This document shows positions 1 to 15,378 of a stretch of DNA of 64,000 bases, in pieces. The stretch comes from Octopus sinensis (Eukaryota): NCBI RefSeq assembly GCF_006345805.1, contig NC_043009.1, positions 67,952,001-68,016,000 of the forward strand, read 5' to 3'. Below the pieces are notes generated by a model. The model saw nothing but the letters and a program-made list of their open reading frames with translations. It had not been told where the DNA came from and searched no databases. The position numbers were made by a program, and so were the translations under genes. The first letter of the stretch is position 1. Every line of letters starts with the position of its first letter.

Positions 1-524
1 TATGCGACATATGTGATAAAACTGTCGTTCATTTACTTCCTTAAGCATCCTGATTTGAATCGGAACCGAGTCATTGTATTTATTCTAGTGATCTCTGAGA
101 AACAGTGGAATCGGCAGCACCAGGTTTTGTTCTCATTGAAGACAAAAGACTGACACTTTGCGGCTTCACTCTTTACAGCGAATTCGTCTTCTACTTGAAC
201 AGTTCCCACCGTAAGGAGCATTAGTTGGATCGGAAAGCGGCATTTAAGGAATTATGTAGGGTTGGGTTTCTTCCCCGCCTCCCTCCTTTCATTTATACAC
301 ATATATATATATATTGATACATGCATGCATACATGCATAGGATGTCTTAAAACATAACGGCATCCCTGATCAAGATTCCCTGGTACTAACAACAGCAACA
401 ACAATATCATGCACATCACAATCATGTGTCGATGTCATTATTGTTCACACATCGACAACTTAGATACGTGGTTCTGGAGTTGAACCATTTTCTCTAAGAT
501 GGAGAAAATAATTGGCACTAAATT

Positions 525-821
525 ACGACGATGGGGGTTCCATTTGATCCGATTGATGGAACAGCCAGCTCGTGAAATTCACGTGCAAGTGGTTGAGCAC
601 TCCACAGGTACGCGTACACGTAACATAGTTCTCAGCGTGACACAGAATGTGACAAGGCTGGCCCCTTTGAAATACAGGTACTACACATTTTTGCCAGCCA
701 AGTGGACTGGAGCAATGTGCAAGAAAGTGTCTTGCTCAAGGACACAACACGTCCCCGAGAATTGAACTCGCGACCTTACGATCTTGAGCCGAATTCTCTA
801 ACCACTAAGCCATGCACCTTC
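525..821 (-). mobile_element. tRNA-derived SINE, head B + CORE-like domain + tail X
   Basis: Reverse complement reads ggtgcatggcttagtggttag (A box) ... gagttcaattc (B box), tgtgtccttgagcaagacac, then gtacctgtatttcaaagg...; homologous to 15010-15328. Confidence 0.85.
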
Positions 822-1127
822 ACACATGGAAGCAATAGCAATATGACAATCTTGTATTTTCCTCTCTAATTTCGGCGAAGAAGGGAGCTCATGTGCATCA
901 CTTGATCTACTGGGCGTAGCGACCAGACACCCATTCCAGCCCCATATCACAAGGAAACATATTCTGAAGTCTATACAGTGTTATATTATGTGTAATATAT
1001 CTAAAAATAAAACAAAACAAAAATTACACGATTAGCTCGAATTGCTTTAACTACATAATCCGCTGGATTAGTCTAATCTTCAGTTCGACAAAAGGAATTT
1101 CTTTTCGCGCGTTCGCTACATAACCAA

Positions 1128-1498
<371 letters not shown>

Positions 1499-2116
1499 TT
1501 TACTCGTCTGACCGTCGGGATCTACGCCTTCTGTGTGTTTGATTATCACTTTCTCCTCCATATGTTTTCATCTACTCAATTCCCTTCTTAATTACTTGCG
1601 GGAGATTTGACTGCGCATTTTAGCAGGTCGAACACAAGATGTAAAGATGTCTTTCTTCTGATGATGTTAGACTGCTTTCATAAAATTAGTTACAAGTTAA
1701 GACACAAGCCTCTTGCTCTAGTTACTCTTCCGTTGTTGTCGTAGTCATGGTCGATTCAGCTTTTCCCTTGCACTTTACGAAACGTGTAACAAGCCACCTA
1801 GAACTCATTTTGTTTTATTGAGGAGCCGAAGCCTAATTGTGACGTAATGAATGTCCAAGCAACAGTTTTGCCAATTTGGCAAACTTCAACATCCTAATAG
1901 TTTATCACACATTGCATTCTGGCACTGCTTTCAAGCAAATCTCCAAGATTCAATTAACTTGTTTCCTACCAATCAAAATATTTCCTCGCCTGTTGAGTTT
2001 GGAAGGCCGAAGAATGGAAGACAACATTGAAGATTTGAATATCTTCCATTAACAAATCTTTTGCCAGATGTTCACCAAAGGCAACATAGAAAGGAAGGTA
2101 ATGGCTTTCAATGTTT

Positions 2117-3170
<1,054 letters not shown>

Positions 3171-3243
3171 GATTATAGGTCATTTGCTTTTTTTACTACA
3201 TTATGAAGTTTCATTTTATAGCTATTTAAAATGTGTGTCACGT

Positions 3244-3609
3244 GGCCGAGATCCTGCAAAGTCAATTCTGCTCTGTCTTCAGTGACTCTGATTCAGTTGA
3301 CACAAACAGCTTTGCTTCTGGGAATCCTCAACATGTCCTTGCTGACATAACCTTCGACGCCACTGATATTCTAGCAGTTATAAATGAAACCAATCCTGAT
3401 CCAGCAGTAGGTCCGGACAGGTTCCCTGCTAAAATGCTGAAGGAATGCAGACAGCAAGTTGCAGCTCCTCTTGCAAATCTCTGAGGAAATCACTGGATGC
3501 CAGTTTTATCCTTCAAAACCTTCCCTCCCAGTCAGTCATTCCTATCTTTAAAAGGGGGAATAAATCGCACCCTGGAAACTACCATCCAATCTCACTCACC
3601 TCACATATA
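3244..3609 (+). mobile_element. CR1-group LINE ORF2 fragment (region leading into RT), decayed
   Basis: AEILQSQFCSVFS...AVGPDRFPAKMLKEC...APLANL, then stop/frameshift, then SVIPIFKRGNKSHPGNYHPISLTSH (GPD and NYRPISLTS motifs of non-LTR RTs). Confidence 0.9.
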
Positions 3610-6109
3610 CGATTTTACCAACTATATAACTCTTCATCCAGAGCTTAAGCTGTGTCCCCAAGATTACAAGCATTCCCCCCAGACTATAATTAGTATACCA
3701 GAATAAGTGCCGCTTATTAATAAGTACCACTTTTACAAATTTACCGATGTCTCTTTAAGGTTTGAGTTCAAATCTCAGCTAAGTAGTCTTTATCATTCAT
3801 CAACCCTTATGATATTCTACGCATGATCTAATCAGCATCAACGATTCCATCCCCCCACCTTTACAAACTGGGAGCTACGTGCTAAACTTAGATGTCGTTA
3901 TCATTAAATACACATCTAAAGATAAAGTTAAATTTGGGAAGAAAATGTTATTGTGTCTTTGCTTCGTTCTTTTCTATTATTGAAATTTATCAGGACAAGA
4001 GACGTAAAGCTTCAAAGACTCGTCTCATTCTCCCGTAGATAAAATTCTTTGAAATAGTTCATGGAAGAAGCTAATTAATTTGGAGGAATATTAACGAAAT
4101 AAAAAAAAATATAGAAAATTCATTTCAATTTTGTTTTTAATTTCATATTCGTTGCAACATTATATTCAGTTTTCTATTTCCGTTTCATTCATAAGAACAG
4201 AGAGTCGCTCTTGGACGCTTTTCATTCTTTGAATGATTGAATGGAAGACGAAATAACAGGAACACCTACACCAATAATTGCTTCGCCCTTAGGCAAGTAA
4301 CAAAACTGAAAGTTTGTAACGTAAAGGAAATTAGAAGCTGTGACATTCATGCCTTTGAGAAGAGCATGAACAACCTGAATTAAATACAACGGAAATGGAA
4401 TGAATCTGAACAGGGATATCGAATGAGAAAAGCGGATTCGCTTGTTCAAAGAAAAGGAAGAATTTTATTTTGCAATGTTCGCCCCCTCCACCCCTGAATA
4501 ATAATTCTCCTCTATAGAAACCAGGTTTGACAGTTTTGCAGAACGAGACATGTGGCTTTCCTGGTTATAGTTTTGGTAATAAATCAAACTTCGGATGATA
4601 GACAGAATACTGCATCGCTCGGTTTCACACCATCACCACCACGAGCAAGAAAGCGGCCCTTGCGTGGTCATACAAACTGCAACAGCAACTGCATCCCCGA
4701 CATCCTACGCAACCGCTGAGCCTGGATGTGCATTCAGCCATCCGTCGATGCTCTCAGTGTCGGGAGTTGACCTGCTTTCTCTTCTGCGGGTCTTACGAAT
4801 AGCAAAGGACCACGATTCGGACTTCTCCCATCTTGCGAGCTCTGGTACGAAGGCCGTTCGCTCAACAGCAACAGCAACAGCAGAATCGGCTTCACCTCAC
4901 ACTCTACTATTTTAAGAAGAGGAAGAAAACTGGATGATGCATTACTAGAGACTCTATATCTGAAGAAAAGGATTAAATAAATATATAAACAAGAAAAACA
5001 GTGGTACAATAACAATGTCGGGCCCCTTGCAGTAATAAGTAGAAATTTCACAATGACAAGTACGCACACTCCAGTTATACGCTCATCCACAAGTACCCAC
5101 ATATATACAGGCACACCAACCAACCGAGATAAGCACAAATACTAACGGGTGTTTTGAGTTAAACAGAAGGGGATTTACTACTGCGAGAGGTTTCAATTCT
5201 ATAAAGGGGGGAAAACACTGAAATGAAACAGACACACACACGTATACATAAATGCAAATGACAAACATACATATACACACTCGTGAGCGCGTGCACATAC
5301 ACACACGTATCCATTGGTAACTGTGTACAGCTAATATGAAGAGACGTTTGAAAATATAATGAAGCCATATTTCCATTAAACAAATATGATTACTATATAT
5401 AAATATATATGTATATATAAATATATGTATGTATATGTATATCTATCTATACACACACACACACACACACACATGTACTTACATACCTACATACACATAC
5501 TTCAACGATATGTGACTTCATATCTGCAAGTGTCGTCTGCATTAGCTAGTTACATATCTTCACTTTATAACTGATTCCTTTCATTGTTAGTGAACTGTCG
5601 CACTAATAAGCTTGCTTCTACCTTTCTAAAAATATATTTTATTTGTGGCTACGATTCACACACACACACACACACACCACACACACACACACACACATAC
5701 ATACACACATACATTCACATACATATGTAAGTGCTTGTTATGCAGATTAGCTAAACTCTTACCAACCCTGTGAATGTTAAATTGTCTAAAACTCATAGGA
5801 GACGACTCACAACAATGCTTTGTTGTTGAGGCTAAACCGAGGTTGTACGTCGTCCCGAAAAACAAAGAAATGATTCTTTTTTCCTAAGCATGTTAATCAA
5901 CCATGAAATTATTGTTGAAATCATCTCTGCTTGTCATTCAGAGTTACTAACACTTGTCTATAGATTTTACCTTTCCTTGTGTCTGCGATGGAAACTTGAA
6001 TAAATTAAGAATTTATTGTGTATGGCATCACGTCAACCCTGACTTGACATTCTTACTCGAATTAAACCGTTGGTGTCCACTTCGAGCAATTTACTCTTGG
6101 CCCTTATCA

Positions 6110-6159
<50 letters not shown>

Positions 6160-6261
6160 CATGCACGTGTCTATGAGCGTGTGTGTTTCGAGGTCTGTCT
6201 TACTGCGATGTCTTCTATTATAACTGCTTGTCCGATTAATGCTTTGTGTCTAAATTAAGTA

Positions 6262-6530
6262 GATGGAAACTGTGTGGAAGCCACACGTACAAACATATGT
6301 ACACACACACATACACACACACACATGTACTTATGTATTTGTTTGTCTTTCTTTCTCGCCATCACTTGACAACCGGTGTTGGCTTGTTTACGTTCCTGTA
6401 AATTAAAGGCTTAGCAAAAGAAACCGACAGAATCTTTACCACCGTGGTCGATTAATTCGACAAGCATTTCAAGGCAGTGTTCCAGCATGGCCACCGTCCA
6501 ATCATTGATATAAGTAAAAGAAATGAAAAA
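6262..6530 (+). mobile_element. SINE family C, 3' portion with internal microsatellite
   Basis: tagatggaaactg...cttgacaaccggtgttgg...tccagcatggcc matches 28869-29257. Confidence 0.75.
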
Positions 6531-6564
6531 GATATGCATAAACATCCCCATTCAGAATGCGGTG

Positions 6565-7407
6565 TGCGAAGTCTGATGAATAAGTATCCGGAGTGTTGCC
6601 ATAGTAACGAAACTGAAGCACGCAGAATAAAGCCGCTTAGTACAGACTGAATTGAACTCCGCTGTGCAATAAGTTTTAATGTTGTAGCTGTTTACAGCAG
6701 TGCTTGGAAGGAAGGTGCGTAGAGTGTGATTGCTGCATTCACCATGAAAGAGAAAGTTGTCATGGCGATACCTGTTCAGAGGCAACGAAAGATTACAGAA
6801 AGTGTATGGAGAGGAGTGTTTGAGCCGCGGACATGAGTACGAGTGGTTCAGACATTTGTCGATACTGACGAAAGTTCTGAGCGGCCCGAAACCAGCATAA
6901 CTGAGAAAAAACATCGTTGATGTGCGCGCAGCTGTGAGGGGAAATATTTGAATCACCATCTGAGAGTTATCAGAGGATGTGCAAATTAGTTACGGTTCAG
7001 TTCAGTCCATTATCACTGAAGATTTGGGTATGAGACGCGTGTCTGCCAAGTTTGTGCCAAAACTGCTTTCAGCAGATCAAAAGAGACACATGGGTTTCAG
7101 TTGCACGAAATCTTGATTGTGTCGGGAATGATGAAAAGTTTTTGAAAACTTTGCGTAGGCCTCTGAGCAGGTATCGCGAAGCTTTTGGCAAAATTTGATG
7201 AAGATTCTCTGCTCAACTTTCTCATGGTCAATACCACGATCACACACTACACACGTTCCTTCCAAGCACTGCTGTAAACAGCGGAAGTGAGCTAGAACGT
7301 TTAAACTAGCAAAGTTCAAGGTGAATCTATGCCAAGAGGCTTCACTCTGTGTGCTTTAGCTTCGTTACTATGGCAACAGTCCGGATATTTATTGATCAGA
7401 CGACGTA
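6565..7407. mobile_element. Mariner-derived non-autonomous fold-back element made of two 5' ends
   Basis: TIR-like cgaagtctgatgaataagtatccgga (6567) and its inverse ending ...tcagacgacgta (7407); + arm encodes LQKVYGEECLSR..YEWFR, ELSEDVQISYGSVQSIITEDLGMRRVSAKFVPKLLSADQK; - arm encodes EKVEQRIFIKFCQKL. Confidence 0.92.
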
Positions 7408-7749
7408 TGCGGAGTAATTCATGGACAGATGGGTTTCCTCTGAGAGAGACAGCCAGGCGGTGAGGAAGGATGTTATGCTGTTACATGGAAAAGTTAAAAA
7501 GAGAGGTTGAAGAAACAGAGATTTGTATTCGTAAATACACACATACATACTCACGCACTCTCTCACACACACACTCACACACACACACGCACATATACAC
7601 AGCCACATACACGCACACACATGATTATATGTTTGTATGTAAATATAGGTGCTTGTGTGTACACATGGAGAAGTTTGTATGCTATCAGACAAATCTACGT
7701 AATAGTAAGATAGAACACCCGACACACGTACACGCACACACACCACACA

Positions 7750-7767
7750 CATATACATACATATTGC

Positions 7768-7801
<34 letters not shown>

Positions 7802-7940
7802 ATGTACGCAGTATGTATATTATATATGTGTGTATGTGTTTGTATATATATATATACACATGTTTATATATACATGCACATACATATGCATAAGTATACA
7901 TATATACACAGACACGCACATACACACGCATACACACACA

Positions 7941-7983
<43 letters not shown>

Positions 7984-8165
7984 CATATATATGCATATAT
8001 GCATGTGTGTATGCATGTATATATATGTTTATATATACACACATATATATCTATATGGGTGAGTGTAAGCATGTATGTATATATATATATATATGTGAGT
8101 GTGTGTATATATGCATGTTTATATGTACATGCACATACTCTACATATGTATATATTTATATTATA

Positions 8166-8223
<58 letters not shown>

Positions 8224-8725
8224 GTGTGTGTGTGTATACCTATATATGTGTGTATACTCGTACACACACACACACACATGCATATACATATATATATATA
8301 TATATATATACACATTCAACAAAGAATATTATTATTTTGAATAGCTATCCCTTCACCATTGAATCCCAGGATTTCATATTAACCGGAAATGTAAATTTCT
8401 AAACAACTTGTGAACTAAATGTTTATGAATGCCCACCGCCCATTGGCCGAGATTCCCATTTCACATGTCTACTGATAGCACAGAGATACGATCCGCCGAA
8501 AAATAAACAGGAAACCGGCGGATCGGGTAGACAACGGGGCACGTGTGCACGCTGGAAGACATCGCGAATCGTTTACATGGTTACGTGTGTTTTAAAGAAT
8601 ATGTGAGATAACATCACGCTATACGTATATAAACAAACACACATACGTATGTATGTATATATACAAACACACACACACACATATATATATATACATATAC
8701 TTACATAAGCAGACACATACACACC

Positions 8726-8777
<52 letters not shown>

Positions 8778-8812
8778 GCGCGCGTGTGTGTGTTTGTAAG
8801 TATATACGAATA

Positions 8813-8844
<32 letters not shown>

Positions 8845-9076
8845 GGTGTGTGTGTGTGTGTATGTGTTTGGGAATTTAGTTTTAAATAGAAATATATATA
8901 CTGGCAAAACAGATGTAGCTAGTGTCAATAAGCGCGTTCTCAATGCGAGAACAATATATGATATTATTCATATTAACAACCTTACTAATGTAAATATTCT
9001 CATCTGTATAAGTCTTACTTTCTGTCTCCTCTCTCTCTCTTCTCATATATATATATAATATATATATATTATATAT

Positions 9077-9139
<63 letters not shown>

Positions 9140-9249
9140 ATATATATTTATATATGTATATACATAGATATATATTATATATATACTTATATACGTATAT
9201 ATATATTCCTATATATATTTACATATATATTTATTTATATGTATATTTG

Positions 9250-9288
<39 letters not shown>

Positions 9289-9289
9289 G

Positions 9290-9387
<98 letters not shown>

Positions 9388-10402
9388 ATAGATATATATA
9401 TATGTATGTATGTATATATATATACAGATACATATATGTATGTATGTATGTATATATGTATGTATGTATCTATCTATATATATACATACATACATACATA
9501 CATACATACATACATACATACATACATACATACATCATACATACATACATACATACATAATACATATATTCCCATAGCATAAACATTGCTTGGAGCCACA
9601 AGACAGGTGGTAAAAATCTGCCTGACGTGTCTCCACGGCAAGAAACTATTAGTACCTGTTATGTTAATACAGCCTACATTAAAATGAAATGCTAACTATA
9701 CATAAATACATGTTTGTATACACACACGCACACACACACACACACATATATATATCTTTATACACATGCTAAAATACACACGTACATTCACTATGGACAT
9801 ACACACACACACACATAAAAACTTGCACAAACTCATACGAACACATACACATTCACACACACACACACACGTGCGCTCGAACAATCACGCACACGAACGT
9901 GAACACACATATTTGTAACTGAAGTAAGCAGTGATGTTCAACATTATTAAACATTAATTTTAATAAAAGAAAACATGACGGGAAAAATCCAAGCAAAGAA
10001 AAGCGTGTCATTATTTCAAACAGTGTTAAGTCTTAGAAATTCATTCTGTATGCAAACATTGTTATTTGTTTATTTATTTGTTCGTTGTACATTTATTTTG
10101 TTTTCGTTTATTTATTTATTTATTCTTGCAACTGTTTTCGCTCTTTGAATCAGGCGATTTACAAATTGGATGTGGGCGTTTTTAATTAGAAAATCTGTGA
10201 AAGCAATGATGTAGAACATAAATCTTATCTCAAATATATCTAACAAATATGTTATCTATATACATACATACCTACATATATATATGTATATATATATATG
10301 CATATATATACATATATATATGTATATATATATATACATATATACATACACATATATGTATATATCTACATACACACACACACACACATATTATATATAT
10401 AT

Positions 10403-10452
<50 letters not shown>

Positions 10453-10463
10453 GAATGTATGTA

Positions 10464-10494
<31 letters not shown>

Positions 10495-10606
10495 GATACA
10501 TATATGTGTGTGTATATATGCATATATATATTCTTATCTATAGAGATAAACATGTGTATCGGGGCGATATGTATGTATATACATATATATGCATGTGTAT
10601 AAGTAT

Positions 10607-10650
<44 letters not shown>

Positions 10651-10722
10651 GTTTGTGTAAATATGTAAGAAAATATATATATATACCTCCCATGCTGCAA
10701 TATATATATATATATATATATA
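7750..10722. repeat. Several compound (TA)/(CA)/(TATC)/(TACA) microsatellite blocks separated by short unique stretches
   Basis: Direct reading. Confidence 0.9.
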
Positions 10723-11017
10723 ATCTGCGCGCTCATGTACCTACATGTATATACATTTGTGTGTATTTAATTAAGTTTATTTTACTGCTTCATTTTGAAG
10801 AACAAGATTGTAAGGCTTCTAATTCCACTGCTTTCCAACCTGACGTTTACATTCTTCTTGATAAAGTATTGCGTAAAGTGCCAAATGGTTGCATCACCTT
10901 CCAACATCAAGAATTACATTCAACAGAGATGTTTATTCTTTTAACAGCCAGTTTCCATTGGCGTCCACACCAACATGGCGTTGAGAATCGACTTATGTGT
11001 ACATACATTTACTTGAA

Positions 11018-11268
11018 AGCGCATGGCCTAATGGTTTAGTTTAAGGTGTTGCATTCACGACCGCAAGGCCGTGCTTTCGATTCCTGGACTGTGTGTATCG
11101 TTGTATTTTTTTAGCAAAACACCTCATTTTATGTTGTTCCAATCCACTCATCTGTGAATAAGTAATCCTGCAACGGACTGGCGTCCTGTTCAGGGGTAAT
11201 GGTGCGTTGTCGATCACTTGCTGTGGAAACCGGATAACTGGTTGCATGAGTCTTAGGAATCGAGGCAA
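11018..11268 (+). mobile_element. tRNA-derived SINE, head B + tail Y, diverged
   Basis: gcgcatggcctaatggtt...ttcgattcct, then cctgcaacggactggcgtcctgttcagggg...ggaaaccgg. Confidence 0.75.
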
Positions 11269-11762
11269 TTGAAAAATAGACAAAAATACACGTGCATTAC
11301 ATTCGAAGTTCGGGATTTATTTCGACGATGCTTGAATTTTATTTTACTAAATTTTTACCTTGTACCAATATTAGAAATCCTGACCTCGTCACTAATATTA
11401 GCGTCCTCATTATCTTTAACGTAATCATCATCATTATTATCATCGTCGTCATTGTCGTCATTGTCCACCATCTTTACTTCCAGCATCCTTGCTTTGCTTT
11501 ATGAATTAGTTTTGCAATGCCGTCTCTTTTTACTTATTTGTCCTATCGTTTCTCCTGTTCTTAAAATTTCCTACCGTTTTTGTTATTTTTTGCTCTTTGT
11601 ATCCACGGATGGTATTCATTCTTCATAACCCACAACATAGTTTTCAAACTAAATATTACAGTGTTAATCGTGTCGTCTGCGTTTAAAAACCAGTGCCATC
11701 TTTTTTGTTTCTCGTAAGCAAAGAAAAGAAAAGAAGAGCCTCGGGAAGAAAAGGGGAGGCTA

Positions 11763-11832
11763 AATATATTTAAATCATACCATTTTGCTTATGTGTCGAC
11801 ACATAAGCAAAATGGTATGATTTAAATATATT
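11763..11832. repeat. Perfect 70-bp spacer-less palindrome within a ~200-bp imperfect inverted repeat
   Basis: All 35 pairs checked around the central gtc|gac; outer arms aagaagagcc/ggctcttctt and gccatctt/aagatggc. Confidence 0.97.
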
Positions 11833-11889
11833 AAGTTTTTTATATTCTTTCCAAGGCTCTTCTTTTCTCTTCTTTACTTTTCACGAAGA

Positions 11890-11939
11890 TGGCGTCGCTG
11901 GCGTCTCTGGCGTCAATGGCGTCGCTGGCGTCTCTGGCG
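11890..11939. repeat. 9-bp tandem repeat tggcgtcNN with 27-bp higher-order period
   Basis: tggcgtcgc tggcgtctc tggcgtcaa tggcgtcgc tggcgtctc tggcg. Confidence 0.9.
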
Positions 11940-14121
11940 ACAATAATAGCGACGATAACAGAGTTGATATCAGTAATGAAGTAACGAAATCCACAAGGTT
12001 AGCGTTTAAAGTAAAAGAAACAGATATCACCATTCGTGATTCAGTGATATTATAATGTCGGAAACAGTAACTCCTAATTCCGAAAACCATTTAAATTTTC
12101 TGCGAAGGAAAACCGTGAAAGTTAAGGGTGATGAGAGCAGGAAAGAACAATTTCATAAGCGGTCATTACAAAAACAATCAACATTTAAAAACTTTTTAAC
12201 ATACGATACATTTAAATATCTTTTTTTTTCTTCTCAAACATACATAACGAATATATCAAAAATGTCTAATTTATATGTATCATAAAAATTCAGACGTTAC
12301 ATATTCATCTTTGGAACAAGAAGGACAATTTTTATTTCTCATAATTTTCATTTAATTTTGTTACTTAAGACATTTTAAAATTAAATATATTCTGAACGTC
12401 GATTTATGTGTCTCTTCTCCCGGTTTTATCTCTCCCAAAATGTCCCTCCAATCACAGCTGAACTTATTTTTTTTATATCGTATTTATGTCTTTGATTTAT
12501 TTTTGATTTCATTCTCTCGTTTATCAGCCGACAAAAATTAAACCGTTTATTCGTTGCTTCGAGATCAAACACAATATTTCCTTATTTTCATAAATCCTGA
12601 AAAGAGAACGTCGTGTTGTAGTCTCCGGCTATGTCAGATTTTATTGACCATACATGCATACATATATACATACACACAGACATATGCATAAAACACACGT
12701 ATATACACATATGTATAAAAAATCTTTCTCCCATCTCTCTCTCACTCACTCATGCATTCACTCACTCATTCACTCACTCATTCATTCACTCACTCACACA
12801 CACACATAATATCGATATCGTTAATTACCAGTGATGTACTATAGTTATTTAAAAAATAGTCTGAAGAGAACAGTTGTCATAGTACTATAGCTATGAATAT
12901 TATAATAGAAATAGCAGCTTATGATTATGTCACTTTTACGAAAACAAAGCAATTATAAAAGCCTACACAGTCTAGAAAATCCTTAAAAATTCCAATTTCT
13001 TTTAGTTTTATCAAATTGTGATTTTTCAAAATTTCTTTTCCTTATTGAAATTTCAACTACATGATTCAGTCAGAAAACTAATTTTAATTCCCTGCGTGAT
13101 AGGGTTTTCTAACGCTTTACTCCCTTCATTTGTATCCTTTTCCTTGCCACAACCTCTCCCTCATTCTCGTCCTCTTTTTCTCTTTCTCTTGTTGCTCCTC
13201 CCTTACTTTCTATTGCCTCTGCTGAAAAGTTTTCATTGAAAACAAGCAATTACAAAGATTTCTCTTTGAAATAATTTTAGGATATTTGGGAATCTTTTTA
13301 CACTAAACGTATATATGTGTCATATCAAAATTGGATAGGAATTTTTCATTTCAAGTTTGATTCCGTTATACGTAAACGTGTAAACCATGCTCCTTTGAAT
13401 AATGGAAGCTTTAGATTATTTTCTGTTCCTACGCCGACTTTGAGTTTATAGTTAGGTGATAGATTGATTTCGTCTAATATCGATTTACAACACAAGAGTA
13501 AAAAATACATATTGCGCTGTTTGTTTTTAGAATTGTTCAATTCAACATGAATCGTCAAAAAGAGAATGCGACGTAAAGAGCAAGGCTGGCAGCAAAGGTA
13601 AAGCAGCAAATCGAAAGAGGGCTAACTGAATCAGAGAAAAATAAGACCAAACAACTGGAACGAATTATTTACCAGGTAGGGGTAGCTTGTATGATTATCT
13701 ATTACCTGTCAGGTAGGGGTAGATAATATGATTCTGTTCCTGCTACACACGAAAAATTGGCAAGGGTGTCTCAAGAAGAGAATGACCTAATTGCTTCCCA
13801 ACCCCATGTTTGCGGGCTCAGTCGTACTCAGTGGCACCTTTGGCAGGTGTCTTTCACTATAGCCTTGGTCCGACTAAATTCAGGTGAACGAAGTTTCAGT
13901 CACAAACTATACAGGAAAGCAGGAAAACTGACACACAGTCATACATGCATCAACACAGACATACAAAATTCTTCTGTGTTCATATAAATGAATATAAAAA
14001 CATTAAAAGAAATAAGACGATTTCTCCACATTCATCAGGTTTCATTCAGAAATCCCTTTGGAAAAAATGTTATTCCTACCATATATATATATATCTATAT
14101 ATATATATATATATCTATATA

Positions 14122-14155
<34 letters not shown>

Positions 14156-14211
14156 TGATAGATCACTAAAGCGTTTTTTATTTTCTCTCCCTGTTAATTT
14201 CTTCTGTGTTC

Positions 14212-14247
14212 CTTTCTGTTGAAGAGCGTAGGCTCGAAACGTAAAAG
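14212..14247 (+). ncRNA. Minimal type-I hammerhead-like motif (A6U core variant) in a Penelope-like terminal fragment (~14170-14335)
   Basis: cttt-CTGTTGA-a-gagc[gtag]gctc-GAAA-cg-TA-aaag: helix I cttt/aaag, helix II 4 bp, GUA triplet; fragment ends in (TA)n. Confidence 0.65.
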
Positions 14248-14653
14248 ACTTTCTCACTTCCCGAGCGTTAAACTAATACATGTTTGTTGTTTACACACCC
14301 GTCTTTTGATTTTTTTTTTTGTAAATTCTCACTATATATAAAAGAAGAACGTTTATAATTATGAACAAGCCACAATTATAACTAAGAGGATTTCAAAATC
14401 CTTACGTGTTAAAAATAGCAGCCAAAATCGCTATAAAGCCATTTTATTACTCATATCGTTTCTCTTCGCGATAAAATCTATCTTCGGTCGACATGACAAA
14501 TAGAATCCACAACTTAAAAATCCCTGGTTAATTCCCAGTTTTTATATAGGTATTCTTTATATGTTAAAGGCCATGGTAATATTTATATATGATTAAATGT
14601 TTGGAAGCGTGGTGTTTAATGCTTGTTCTCTCATCATATATATATATTATATA

Positions 14654-14698
<45 letters not shown>

Positions 14699-15009
14699 TG
14701 TGTGTGTGTTTAAATTTCTGGATGTCTTAATGTTCACGCTGCTTGAAACGCCATACTTTCAGTTTACGTCCTCTAACATTAACAGATCGATAAAGAGATA
14801 GAAGAAACATCAAAAGGGAAACGTGCTGAGTTCGATATGATCGACCAAAATCATTCAACGTGACGTGTCCCGCATCGCCACAGTTCGAAACCTGAAAAAA
14901 AACAAACAAAAGAAATAAAAAAGTCTGAACGAGTCTTTTAATTTTCATACGCGTGGAATAGCTGTAGAAACGAATAAATATGTTTACTGTTTAGGCTTTA
15001 ATTTACTGA

Positions 15010-15328
15010 AGGCGTGTGGCTTACTGGCATTCAGCTGCCAACTGCAAGGTCGTGAGTTCGATTCCTGCCAGTGCGTTGTGTTCTTGAACAAGACACTTTA
15101 CTTCACGTTGCTCCAGTCCACTCAGCTGGCAAAAATGAGTTGTACCTGTATTTCAAAGGGGCCAGCCCTGTCACAGGTTGTGTCACACAGAATTTTCCCG
15201 AGAACTACCCCTTGAAGAGTACGCGTGTCTGTAGAGTGCTCAACCCCTTGAATGTTAATTTCACGAGCAAGTTGTCTTGTTGATCGGATCAACTGGAACC
15301 CTCATCGTCGTAACCGGTGGAATACCAC
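15010..15328 (+). mobile_element. tRNA-derived SINE, head B + CORE-like domain + tail X
   Basis: ggcgtgtggctta...gagttcgattcc, tgtgttcttgaacaagacac; tail shared with 19485-19855. Confidence 0.88.
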
Positions 15329-15378
15329 TTTTCGTATGCTATATTGTAATTCATCCTCAGACAATATTGCAATTGGCT

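Noticed and set aside
4201-4292. Possible upstream exon with GC donor (ttag|gcaagt) and short ORF MEDEITGTPTPIIASPL
   Set aside because: Weak acceptor; splicing to 32974 would hit a stop immediately; unsupported without RNA data
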